Shown here in pieces: positions 8,125-15,622 of a stretch of DNA of 15,686 nt. Each line of letters starts with the position of its first letter. Position 1 is the first letter of the stretch. The notes beneath the pieces were generated by a model that did not search any database, had not been told where the DNA came from, and was given only the letters and a program-made list of their open reading frames with translations. The position numbers and the translations under genes were made by a program. Source of the stretch: Thermoplasmatales archaeon SW_10_69_26 (GTDB lineage: Archaea > Thermoplasmatota > SW-10-69-26). The stretch is from NCBI GenBank assembly GCA_003009755.1, contig PXUB01000027.1, forward strand, positions 1-15,686, given 5' to 3'.

Positions 8125-8373
8125 TCAGGGGGAAACGTACACGATGCTGTCGCCTCGGATCACGACCAGCTCTTGGTCGTTGACCACCTCGTCCTCCGTG
8201 CCCGCGTTCAACACCTCTTCGGCGTCCTGGAGCACGATGTTGAGGTGCGGGTGGTCGTACCCGTGCAGGGTGCCCCGGTACTCGCGCCGGCCCCGGAGGT
8301 GTACGATGACACGCTCGTCTAGGGCGGCGTGCAGCACGTCGAGGGGGCGGTTGTCCTGCTCCTCGTCGTTCAT
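8125..8373 (-). CDS. Archaeal Sm-like (Lsm/SmAP) RNA-binding protein, 82 aa
   Basis: RPLDVL...[32 protein letters not shown]...[13 protein letters not shown] contains the Sm1 and Sm2 motifs; directly upstream of rpl37e. Confidence 0.95.
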   Translation of the reverse strand: MNDEEQDNRPLDVLHAALDERVIVHLRGRREYRGTLHGYDHPHLNIVLQDAEEVLNAGTEDEVVNDQELVVIRGDSIVYVSP

Positions 8374-8534
8374 AGGGCGACGGGCGGGTCGACGGGCGGA
8401 CCGTACATGAACGTTGTGGGACGGTCGGCGGCCGTCGGCTCGACCGCGCATCGCACCGTCCACCGGCTCGTCACGGTTTCTGGGCCCGACGTTGAAGTGA
8501 ACGAGGCGGAGAGGTGGGCGGCCGGTGATGACCT

Positions 8535-8672
8535 CTGACGAAGACATCGACGCTCGTTCCGACGCGGTGGCTGCTGGCCGCTCTCCTGCTGACCGTCATC
8601 GCCGTCGCCAGCGGCGCGGCAGCGCAAACCTGTACCCCCCAGGGGCGGCTCCCCGTGTACTTCTGCATCTAG
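8535..8672 (+). CDS. Putative secreted micropeptide precursor (45 aa, CTG start): signal peptide plus [15 protein letters not shown]
   Basis: (M)[51 protein letters not shown] at 8524-8528 lies 6 nt before the CTG, the same spacing as at ATG 1866 and rpl37e. Followed by a hairpin and pyrimidine tract. Confidence 0.55.
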   Translation: MTKTSTLVPTRWLLAALLLTVIAVASGAAAQTCTPQGRLPVYFCI

Positions 8673-8697
8673 GTTGAGCTGACAGCCGACAGAGGAC

Positions 8698-8738
8698 GCG
8701 GGCGCCCTCGCGGGCGCCCGCCCTTTCTTCCTTCTTCT
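8698..8738 (+). terminator. Hairpin plus pyrimidine tract, probable terminator between convergent genes
   Basis: GCGGGCGCCC-TCGC-GGGCGCCCGC (10-bp stem) followed on + by CCTTTCTTCCTTCTTCT. Confidence 0.55.
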
Positions 8739-10329
8739 ACTCCTCGTCGGGCTGTTTGACGACGGTGCGGCTCTGCTCCTTCATGAACTGCGGCAGGTAC
8801 CAGTAGCCGCCGGCGAACTTGCCGGTCGTGCCGGAGAACTTCCAGCCACCGAAGGGCTGGGCTTGCACGAGGGCGCCGGTCGTGGCCGAGATGTGCCGGT
8901 TGACGTACGTCATGCCGGACTCGATCTCGTCGAACCAGCGCTCGATCTCCTCCTCGTTCTCGCTGAACAGGCCCGCGCAAAGCGCGTAGTCGCTATCGTT
9001 GGCCTTCTCGATGCCTTCGTCCAGGCTCGAGATCGGATGGATCGTGACGAAGGGGAGGAAGTGCTCCTCGCGCGCCAGCTCGTGGTCGTGGGGGATGTCC
9101 CGCACGACGGTCGGGGCCACGAAGCGGCCCTTGCCGAGCTCGCCCTCGTCGAGCACCTCGCCGCCGACGAGAACCTCGCCGTCCTCCTCGGCCGTCTCGA
9201 CGATCGCCTGGTAGTGCTCGAGGCTGTCCTCGTCGATGACGGGGCTGATCATCGTCTCCCGTTCCTCGGGCGGGCCCACGGGCGTGTTCTCCTCGGTCTC
9301 CTCGACGAGGCGCTCGGTGAACTCATCCACGAGCGACTCGTCGACGTAGACGCGCGCCGTGGCCGAGCACTTCTGACCGCTGAAGCCGAAGGCGCCGTTC
9401 TTGACGCCGGGCACGGCCTTGTCGAGGTCGGCCTCGTCGGTGACGATGACGCTGTTCTTGCCGCCCAGCTCCGCGATGACGGGGCCGCGCTTGCCCTGCT
9501 CGAGGAAGGTCTCCTCGGCGTGGGTGCCGACCGTGCGGGAGCCGGTGAACACGACGCCGTCGACGTCCTCGTGCTCGACGATCGGCTGCCCGGTCTCGCG
9601 ACCGCTACCGGTGACGACGTTGCCTACCCCCTCGGGCAGGCCGGCTTCGCGGTAGATCTCGAAGATCTCGTGCGCGATCAGCGGCGTCGCGCTGGCGGGC
9701 TTGAGCACGGCAGCGTTGCCCGTGATGAGCGCGCCGGTGCTCATGCCGGCGAAGATGGCGCCGGGGAAGTTGAACGGCGAGATGACGCCGAACACGCCGT
9801 AGGGCCGCAGCATGTTCGTCGTGTGCTGACCGGGCGGGACCTTGCCGGTGTCGTACACGTAGCCCTTGTGGCGCCGGAGCTCGGCGCTGTAGAAGTCGAG
9901 GAAGTCGATCGCCTCGTCGATGTCGGCCATCGCCTCCTCGCGGTTCTTGCCGTTCTCGAGCGTCATAAGGGCCGCCAAGTCGAACTTCCGGTCGCGCATC
10001 TCGTCGGCGGCGTCCTCGAAGATCTCGGCCCGCTCGTCGTAGGGCGTGTGCTCCCAGTCGGACTGGGCCTCCTTGGCGGCCTCGACGGCCTCTTCGACGT
10101 GCTCGGGCGTGGCGCTGGCGAACGTGCCGATCTCACGCTCGAGATCGCCGGGCGAGGTGACGGTGAAGGTCTCGTCGGTGTCGACCTCCTCGCCCCCGAT
10201 GATCAGGCCCTTCTCGACGGGAAGCTTGGCTTTCCAGGACTCGACGGCGTCCTCGTAGCTTTGGTGGAACTTCTCCAAGGCTCCACGCTGCTTGTAGTGA
10301 TGGACGGTCAGCTCGTTCTCGAACGTCAT
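8737..10329 (-). CDS. Aldehyde dehydrogenase, 1-pyrroline-5-carboxylate dehydrogenase (RocA-type) like
   Basis: ISPFNFP, FTGS, IAELGGKNS, catalytic GFSGQKCSA, YALCAGLFS, YVNR...TGALV..QPFGGWKFSG...AGGYWYL, typical of the P5CDH subfamily. Confidence 0.88.
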   Translation of the reverse strand: MTFENELTVHHYKQRGALEKFHQSYEDAVESWKAKLPVEKGLIIGGEEVDTDETFTVTSPGDLEREIGTFASATPEHVEEAVEAAKEAQSDWEHTPYDERAEIFEDAADEMRDRKFDLAALMTLENGKNREEAMADIDEAIDFLDFYSAELRRHKGYVYDTGKVPPGQHTTNMLRPYGVFGVISPFNFPGAIFAGMSTGALITGNAAVLKPASATPLIAHEIFEIYREAGLPEGVGNVVTGSGRETGQPIVEHEDVDGVVFTGSRTVGTHAEETFLEQGKRGPVIAELGGKNSVIVTDEADLDKAVPGVKNGAFGFSGQKCSATARVYVDESLVDEFTERLVEETEENTPVGPPEERETMISPVIDEDSLEHYQAIVETAEEDGEVLVGGEVLDEGELGKGRFVAPTVVRDIPHDHELAREEHFLPFVTIHPISSLDEGIEKANDSDYALCAGLFSENEEEIERWFDEIESGMTYVNRHISATTGALVQAQPFGGWKFSGTTGKFAGGYWYLPQFMKEQSRTVVKQPDEE

Positions 10330-10482
10330 CGATCAGGCACCCTTAGCCCGCGATAGGCCCCTCCACCCAAAAGGGTTGCCGGGCAGGCACCCTCACGCCA
10401 GCCCGACACCTGCCTGCCGCTGGGCTGACCGCGCCCCAGGGTTTTTGCCCATCGCGACGCCTGGCTTGGGGAGGTCGGGGCC

Positions 10483-12018
10483 ATGCAGGAACGATACGCA
10501 ACCATCCTCGAGGACGCAGGGCTGGATCCCTCCACGCCCTTCGACGGCGCGACCGACGGCGAACAGTGGTACGCCTCGGGCGACGAGCTCGAGGTCACGA
10601 CGCCGATCGACGGGGACACGATCGGCACCGTCCGCCAGGCGACCGCCGAGGACTACGAGCGCACCGTGCAGCGCGCGCAAGACGTCTTCGAGGAGTGGGC
10701 CAGCGCGCCCGCGCCCGAACGCGGCGAGGTCGTGCGCGACCTCGGTGAGGCTCTTCGAGACAACAAGGCCGAGCTCGGTCGCTTGATCACGCTCGAGATG
10801 GGCAAGATCGTCGAGGAAGGTGAAGGCGAGGTGCAGGAGGCCATCGACATCGCCGACTTCGCCGTCGGCCTCTCCCGCCAGCTGTACGGGAAGACGATGG
10901 CGACCGAGCGACCCGACCACCGCATGTACGAGCAGTGGAAGCCGCTGGGCCCGATCGGCATCATCACGGCGTTCAACTTCCCGTGCGCCGTCTGGTCCTG
11001 GAACAGCTGCATCGCGGCCGTCTGCGGCGACACGATGATCTGGAAGCCCTCCTCGGCCACGCCGTTGACCGCGATCGCGGTCTCCAAGCTGGCCAACGAG
11101 GTGTTCACCGACCACGGCTACCCCGGCGTGATGAACCTCACCATCGGGCCCGGATCGACCGTGGGCGAGAAGATCGCCAACGACCGGCGCCTCCCGCTGG
11201 TGTCCGCGACCGGCTCCACCGAGATGGGCTACCACGTCGGCGAGACCGTCGCCTCACGCATGGGCAGCTCGATCCTCGAACTCGGCGGCAACAACGGCGT
11301 GATCGTCACCGACAGCGCCGACCTCGACCTCGCCGAGCGCGCCATCACCTTCGGCGCCGTCGGCACCGCCGGTCAACGCTGCACCTCGATCCGCCGCGTG
11401 TTCGCCCACGAGGACGTCGCCGACGACCTCGTCGAGCGCCTCGTCTCGACCTACGAGCAGGTCGACATCGGCGACCCGCTCGACGAGGACACGCTCATGG
11501 GCCCCCTCATCGACGAGGACCCCGTGGACAGCATGATGGAGGCGATCACGCACCTGGAGAAGCAGGGCGGCGAGGTGCTCACCGGTGGCGAGCGCCTGCC
11601 CGAGCTGGGCCCCAACTACTGCCAGCCGACGATCGCCGAGGTCGAGCACGACGTCCCAATCGTGAAGGAGGAGACCTTCGCGCCACTGCTGTACGTCATC
11701 CGCTACGAGGACCTCGAGGAAGCGATCGAGTGGCACAACGACGTGCCCCAGGGCCTCTCGAGCGCGATCTTCACCGAGAACGTCAAGGAAGCTGAACGGT
11801 TCCTGGGGCCCCACGGCTCGGATTGCGGCATCGCCAACGTCAACATCGGCACCTCCGGCGCCGAGATCGGTGGCGCCTTCGGCGGCGAGAAGGACACCGG
11901 CGGCGGCCGCGAAGCTGGCTCCGACAGCTGGAAGCAGTACATGTGTCGCCAGACGGTGACGATCAACTACAGCGACGAGATGCCGCTCAGCCAGGGGATC
12001 GACTTCTCGGTGGAGTAG
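10483..12018 (+). CDS. Aldehyde dehydrogenase family 7 (antiquitin-like; alpha-aminoadipate semialdehyde / piperideine-6-carboxylate dehydrogenase)
   Basis: GEVQEAIDIADFAVGLSRQLYG, ITAFNFP, LELGGNN, GTAGQRCT and GAEIGGAFGGEKDTGGGREAGSD are ALDH7 signatures; SD GGAGGT upstream. Confidence 0.92.
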   Translation: MQERYATILEDAGLDPSTPFDGATDGEQWYASGDELEVTTPIDGDTIGTVRQATAEDYERTVQRAQDVFEEWASAPAPERGEVVRDLGEALRDNKAELGRLITLEMGKIVEEGEGEVQEAIDIADFAVGLSRQLYGKTMATERPDHRMYEQWKPLGPIGIITAFNFPCAVWSWNSCIAAVCGDTMIWKPSSATPLTAIAVSKLANEVFTDHGYPGVMNLTIGPGSTVGEKIANDRRLPLVSATGSTEMGYHVGETVASRMGSSILELGGNNGVIVTDSADLDLAERAITFGAVGTAGQRCTSIRRVFAHEDVADDLVERLVSTYEQVDIGDPLDEDTLMGPLIDEDPVDSMMEAITHLEKQGGEVLTGGERLPELGPNYCQPTIAEVEHDVPIVKEETFAPLLYVIRYEDLEEAIEWHNDVPQGLSSAIFTENVKEAERFLGPHGSDCGIANVNIGTSGAEIGGAFGGEKDTGGGREAGSDSWKQYMCRQTVTINYSDEMPLSQGIDFSVE

Positions 12019-12320
12019 CCGAGAGACGCCTCGGGGGACCTCGTGAACGCACCACGGGCGTCTCTCGGCTGAGTACGCCCGACCACGGCCACCACCGAGG
12101 GCGTACGAATCGCGGGGGTCGCTGCCGCCCGGCCGACCCTCGCGAAAGACCGAGGCCCGCGCGAACACGCCTCGGTCGGATCCGAGCATCGACGGCCCGA
12201 GGACCCCGCGCGGGTCCGATGATCGGACTATAGGAACGCCTGGGGTACCCCACGCTCGCAGCGGGACCCATCGACGGCTGCACGTGAGAGCTTGTGAGGC
12301 CACGCGTGCCAACGGTGGGT

Positions 12321-12569
12321 ATGGCACGAACCCGCGCGAAGCGATCCAGCGCCCGACCGACGGCCCGCGGCGCCTGCCCGAACTGCGGCGAACTCGTCCC
12401 CCGCTTCCAGCACACATCCGACGGTCGCGCAGCCGAGGTGCTGGCCTGCGAAGACTGCGGCCGGTTCGCCTACACCTCCGAGGGCGCCACCCTGCCCCTC
12501 GCCGTGCCCAAGACCACGCCGGAGGGCGACCACCCCGCACCGGAGACCAACCAGCTCACGCGCCGATGA
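12321..12569 (+). CDS. Small CPxCG-type zinc-ribbon protein, 82 aa
   Basis: CPNCG...CEDCG pair, basic N-terminus, GGTGGGT just upstream of ATG 12321. Confidence 0.65.
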   Translation: MARTRAKRSSARPTARGACPNCGELVPRFQHTSDGRAAEVLACEDCGRFAYTSEGATLPLAVPKTTPEGDHPAPETNQLTRR

Positions 12570-12742
12570 CACGCCTGCCCGGCGTCGATCGCCGTCGCTG
12601 AGACGCACTCCTCCCCCACGACGATCCCCGGCGATCGGCGCCGTCTAGCCCCAGGCGAGAGCCCCGCGGGCCTCACCGTCTGCTCTCCTTCCTTTCTTCT
12701 CCCATCTCGACCCGACGGAACAGAGCCTGGTGCTTGTTGGAC

Positions 12743-12865
12743 GGGGGCACGGATCGCGGATCCGTGCTCTCGGCAAGCTTACAGGCTTGCCTCGGCTGGA
12801 GCGTCGAACCTGCACGGTCCCGCCAGGCAAGCGACGCTCCAGATACGACCGGATCAGAGATCCGG
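12743..12865. repeat. Four tandem inverted repeats downstream of rps2
   Basis: Stems 12747-12767 (GCACGGATC/GATCCGTGC), 12772-12791 (GGCAAGC/GCTTGCC), 12796-12842 (CTGGAGCGTCG/CGACGCTCCAG) and 12849-12865 (CCGGATC/GATCCGG). Confidence 0.8.
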
Positions 12866-12881
12866 CCTCTCTCGACCTCGC

Positions 12882-13532
12882 TTACAGCGAGGCCTCGAAG
12901 TCCTCGACCTCGGGATCGAAGTCCTCGCGAGTGTCGATGTTCCCCCACTCGCGGGCGAGCTCGCGGCAGAGGATGTAGTACACGAGCGCCAGGGATCGGC
13001 GACCTTTGTTGTTCGTCGGGATGCAGAGGTCGACGTTGCGGAGCTCGTTGTTGGTGTCGCACAGGGCGACGACCGGGATGCCGATGTTGAGACCCTCGCG
13101 GAGCGCTTGCGCGTCACCGACGGGATCGTTGAGGACGATGACCTCGGGCTCGAAGAAAGTGCGAGTCTCCGGGTTCGTCATCATGCCCGGCATGAAGCGG
13201 CCCGGGATGGACTCGATGCCGAGCTCGTCCTCCATGACGCGGATCGGCTTCTGCCCGTACTGGCGGGCGCTCACGAACACGACGTCTTCGGGATCGTAGT
13301 TCGAGAGGAAGCGAGCCGCGGTGCGGATGCGCTCGTCGGTCTTGGCGACGTCGAGGACGAACAGACCGTCGTTCCGCACGCGGAAGATGAAATCCTCCAT
13401 GGCGGCGTTCTTCTGTTGGGTGCCGATATGGACGCCGCTGGAGAGGTACTGGTCTTCGGGGACCAGCATGTCGGCCCGGTCGCCCTCGTCGTCTGCGTTC
13501 GTGTCTTCGGTCTCGGTTGCTGCTTCGGGCAC
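12882..13532 (-). CDS. rps2: 30S ribosomal protein S2 (uS2, archaeal type)
   Basis: YLSSGVHIGTQQK, FIFRVRNDGLFVLDV, GRFMPGMMTNP, IPVVALCDTNN, IPTNNKGRRSLAL. Confidence 0.97.
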   Translation of the reverse strand: MPEAATETEDTNADDEGDRADMLVPEDQYLSSGVHIGTQQKNAAMEDFIFRVRNDGLFVLDVAKTDERIRTAARFLSNYDPEDVVFVSARQYGQKPIRVMEDELGIESIPGRFMPGMMTNPETRTFFEPEVIVLNDPVGDAQALREGLNIGIPVVALCDTNNELRNVDLCIPTNNKGRRSLALVYYILCRELAREWGNIDTREDFDPEVEDFEASL

Positions 13533-13533
13533 G

Positions 13534-14742
13534 TCAGGACTCTCCGATTCGCTCTTCGATACGGATCAGCTCGTTGAGCTTGGCGATCCGTTCGCCACCC
13601 ACGGCACCCGTCTTGATGGCGTGACAGCCGAGCGCGACGGCAAGGTGTGCGATCGTCGCGTCGGGGGTCTCACCGCTCCGGTGGCTCATCACCGTCGCGA
13701 GCCCGTGGCGTTGCGCCAGGCGGACCGTTCTCACGGTCCGAGTGAGGGTGCCTATCTGGTTCGGTTTGATAAGGATTGCGTTGGCCGCCCCCTGTTCGAT
13801 GCCGCGGCGGAGGCGATCCTCGTTCGTGGTGAACAGGTCGTCGCCGACCACGAGGACGTCGTCGCCCACGCGGTCGGTGAACGCGGCGAACGCGTCGAAG
13901 TCCCCCTCGTGGAAGGGGTCCTCGACGCTGGTGATGGGGTAGCGGTCGACGAGGTCCACGAGGAACTCGATCTGCTCCTCGGTGGTCCGCGTCTGGTCGG
14001 TGTAGTTGTAGGCCTTGCCGTCCCACAGCTCGCTGGCGGCGACGTCGAGGGCGATCGCCATGTCGATGCCCTCGTCGCGGCCGATGAGCTGGCAGGCCTC
14101 CTCGGTGATCTCCAGGGCTTCGTCGCTGGAGACGGGGGCCACCCAGGCGCCCTCGTCGCCTTTGGCGATCGTCTCGCCCGGGCGGCGGTCGCTGAGGATG
14201 CGAGAGATCTCGCGGTGCGCTCGGGCTTGCGCGAACACGGTGCGCGAGGGGCGGCGGTCCTGGGGAACCACCATGAACTCCTGGATGTCGGTGCCGCCGA
14301 TCGCGTGCTCGCCGCCGCCGATCACGTTGCCGAACGGGACGGGCAGTTGGTCGGCGAGGGCGCCACCCAGGTGGCGGAACAGTTCGCGGCCCTCCTCGCT
14401 GGCGGCCGCTTTCGCGCAGGCGAGGCTCGTCGCCACCGTGACGTTGCCGCCGATCTGGTCGAAGGTCGGCGTGCCGTCGGCCTCCTCGATCCGGGCGTCG
14501 ATGTCCTCTTGGTCGCGGACGTCGGCGCCCTCGAGCACGGGCAGCAGCCGCGAGCGGGCCTGTCGGATGCCCTCGTCGACGCTGCCGTTCGGGAACGCGG
14601 TGACCTCGTGCTCGCCGGTGCTGGCACCGGACGGCGCAGCGGCGGTGCCGAACCCGCTGGGGGTCCAGACGTCGCACTCGACGGTCGGATTGCCACGGCT
14701 GTCGAGGATCTTGCGCCACTGGATGGCGACGATCTCGGTCAC
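13534..14742 (-). CDS. eno: Enolase (phosphopyruvate hydratase)
   Basis: ILDSRGNPTVE, PSGASTGEHE, IQEF, GDEG, LDVAASE, VGDDL, ILIKPNQIG, SHRSGET, ERIAKLNELIRIEE. Confidence 0.97.
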   Translation of the reverse strand: MTEIVAIQWRKILDSRGNPTVECDVWTPSGFGTAAAPSGASTGEHEVTAFPNGSVDEGIRQARSRLLPVLEGADVRDQEDIDARIEEADGTPTFDQIGGNVTVATSLACAKAAASEEGRELFRHLGGALADQLPVPFGNVIGGGEHAIGGTDIQEFMVVPQDRRPSRTVFAQARAHREISRILSDRRPGETIAKGDEGAWVAPVSSDEALEITEEACQLIGRDEGIDMAIALDVAASELWDGKAYNYTDQTRTTEEQIEFLVDLVDRYPITSVEDPFHEGDFDAFAAFTDRVGDDVLVVGDDLFTTNEDRLRRGIEQGAANAILIKPNQIGTLTRTVRTVRLAQRHGLATVMSHRSGETPDATIAHLAVALGCHAIKTGAVGGERIAKLNELIRIEERIGES

Positions 14743-14746
14743 GGCC

Positions 14747-14980
14747 TCACCGGCGGCGTTTGTCCTCGGTCGTGCCGGACTCGGCGCGGAGCACCGTGAT
14801 CGGGATCGTGCCGGCCTCGAACTCCTTCTCGGCCACCTTGATCGGATCGAGCGCTTCCTCGGGCTCGACCGGGACGAGGATCGGCGCGCCGCTGGAGATC
14901 TGCAGCGATCGCGCTCCGATGATCCGGGCCCGCTCGAAGCGGTTCACCTGTTGGGCGGAGCTGGAGGCCGTGGACGGCAT
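14747..14980 (-). CDS. rpoK: DNA-directed RNA polymerase subunit K (Rpo6); alternative start 14998
   Basis: NRFERARIIGARSLQISSGAP...DPIKVAEKEFEAGTIPITV; conserved rpoK-eno-rps2 order. TTTTCGTA about 25-30 nt upstream of 14980 favours this start. Confidence 0.95.
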   Translation of the reverse strand: MPSTASSSAQQVNRFERARIIGARSLQISSGAPILVPVEPEEALDPIKVAEKEFEAGTIPITVLRAESGTTEDKRRR

Positions 14981-15037
14981 CGACGAGACTAAGCACATCC
15001 CATACGAAAACCTTGGGGGCGGGGGCCCGGTCGTCCC

Positions 15038-15214
15038 TCAGAACCGGTTGACGTCGCCCTCGCCGCCACCCTCGACCGTCGACCCGCTGGAGCAGGCGAC
15101 GCAAACCTGGGGGTTACGATCGTCGGAATGCTCCTTGCACAACGACTTCCCGCACATCTGGCACGTGCGGGAAGCGGCCTGACCGCAGTAGGAGCAGGTG
15201 CCGAGGGTGGACAT
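15038..15214 (-). CDS. Small two-zinc finger protein (HIT/B-box-like), 58 aa
   Basis: MSTLGTCSYCGQAASRTCQMCGKSLCKEHSDDRNPQVCVACSSG gives CxxC-x7-CxxC-x4-CxxH-x8-CxxC. Confidence 0.8.
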   Translation of the reverse strand: MSTLGTCSYCGQAASRTCQMCGKSLCKEHSDDRNPQVCVACSSGSTVEGGGEGDVNRF

Positions 15215-15359
15215 CGACGAGGACAGGTCCGGTCCCGGTTGATGAGGGTTGGGACGTAGGCCGCCGACGGCGGGAGAGGGGGCGAAGGTTCGAGCGAGGG
15301 AGACGGGGGAAGCCAGCGGTCGGCGGGAGCGGCAGGACGGGGCCGGGCTCACCGCGTGC

Positions 15360-15537
15360 CGAGACCGACCGTGGACGCGGGGGACCGTCGAGAAGTGCGG
15401 ATGCGCTGTCGCGTATCGAGACCGACCGTGGACACGGTGGGCGAGGTCGGTCTCGGATGCCGGCCGGATCGAAGATCCGGCCTCATCCTGCCCTCCGCAC
15501 TCATCGGTGACTGTGGCAGTCGGGGACTGTGGAGAAG
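15360..15537. repeat. tRNA-Leu 3' trailer with direct and inverted repeats
   Basis: 15360-15380 vs 15417-15437 (20/21); 15380-15401 vs 15522-15543 (20/22); hairpins 15417-15455 and 15462-15482; 15485-15501 is the exact reverse complement of 15536-15552. Confidence 0.85.
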
Positions 15538-15622
15538 TGCGGAGGGCAGGATTCGAACCTGCGAACCCCTACGGGAGCGGGTCTTGAGTCCGCCGCAGTT
15601 GGCCAGGCTATGCTACCTCCGC
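15538..15622 (-). tRNA. tRNA-Leu (CAA)
   Basis: GCGGAGG/CCTCCGC-A acceptor, anticodon loop CTCAAGA, long variable arm, T-loop TTCGAAT; 85 nt; A-rich promoter-like element at about 15651-15659. Confidence 0.95.

Noticed and set aside
8528-8677. 49-aa ATG-initiated ORF ([11 protein letters not shown]...) overlapping the micropeptide
   Set aside because: The ATG overlaps the SD motif and the product has no recognisable features; the CTG frame has correct SD spacing and a clear signal peptide. Not formally excluded.
6291-14992. Long alternative-frame and antisense ORFs (6291-7793, 6605-7972, 8863-10356, 11254-12540, 13321-14799, 13670-14719, 14015-14992)
   Set aside because: They overlap well-supported genes and are the expected stop-poor shadows of GC-rich codon usage.
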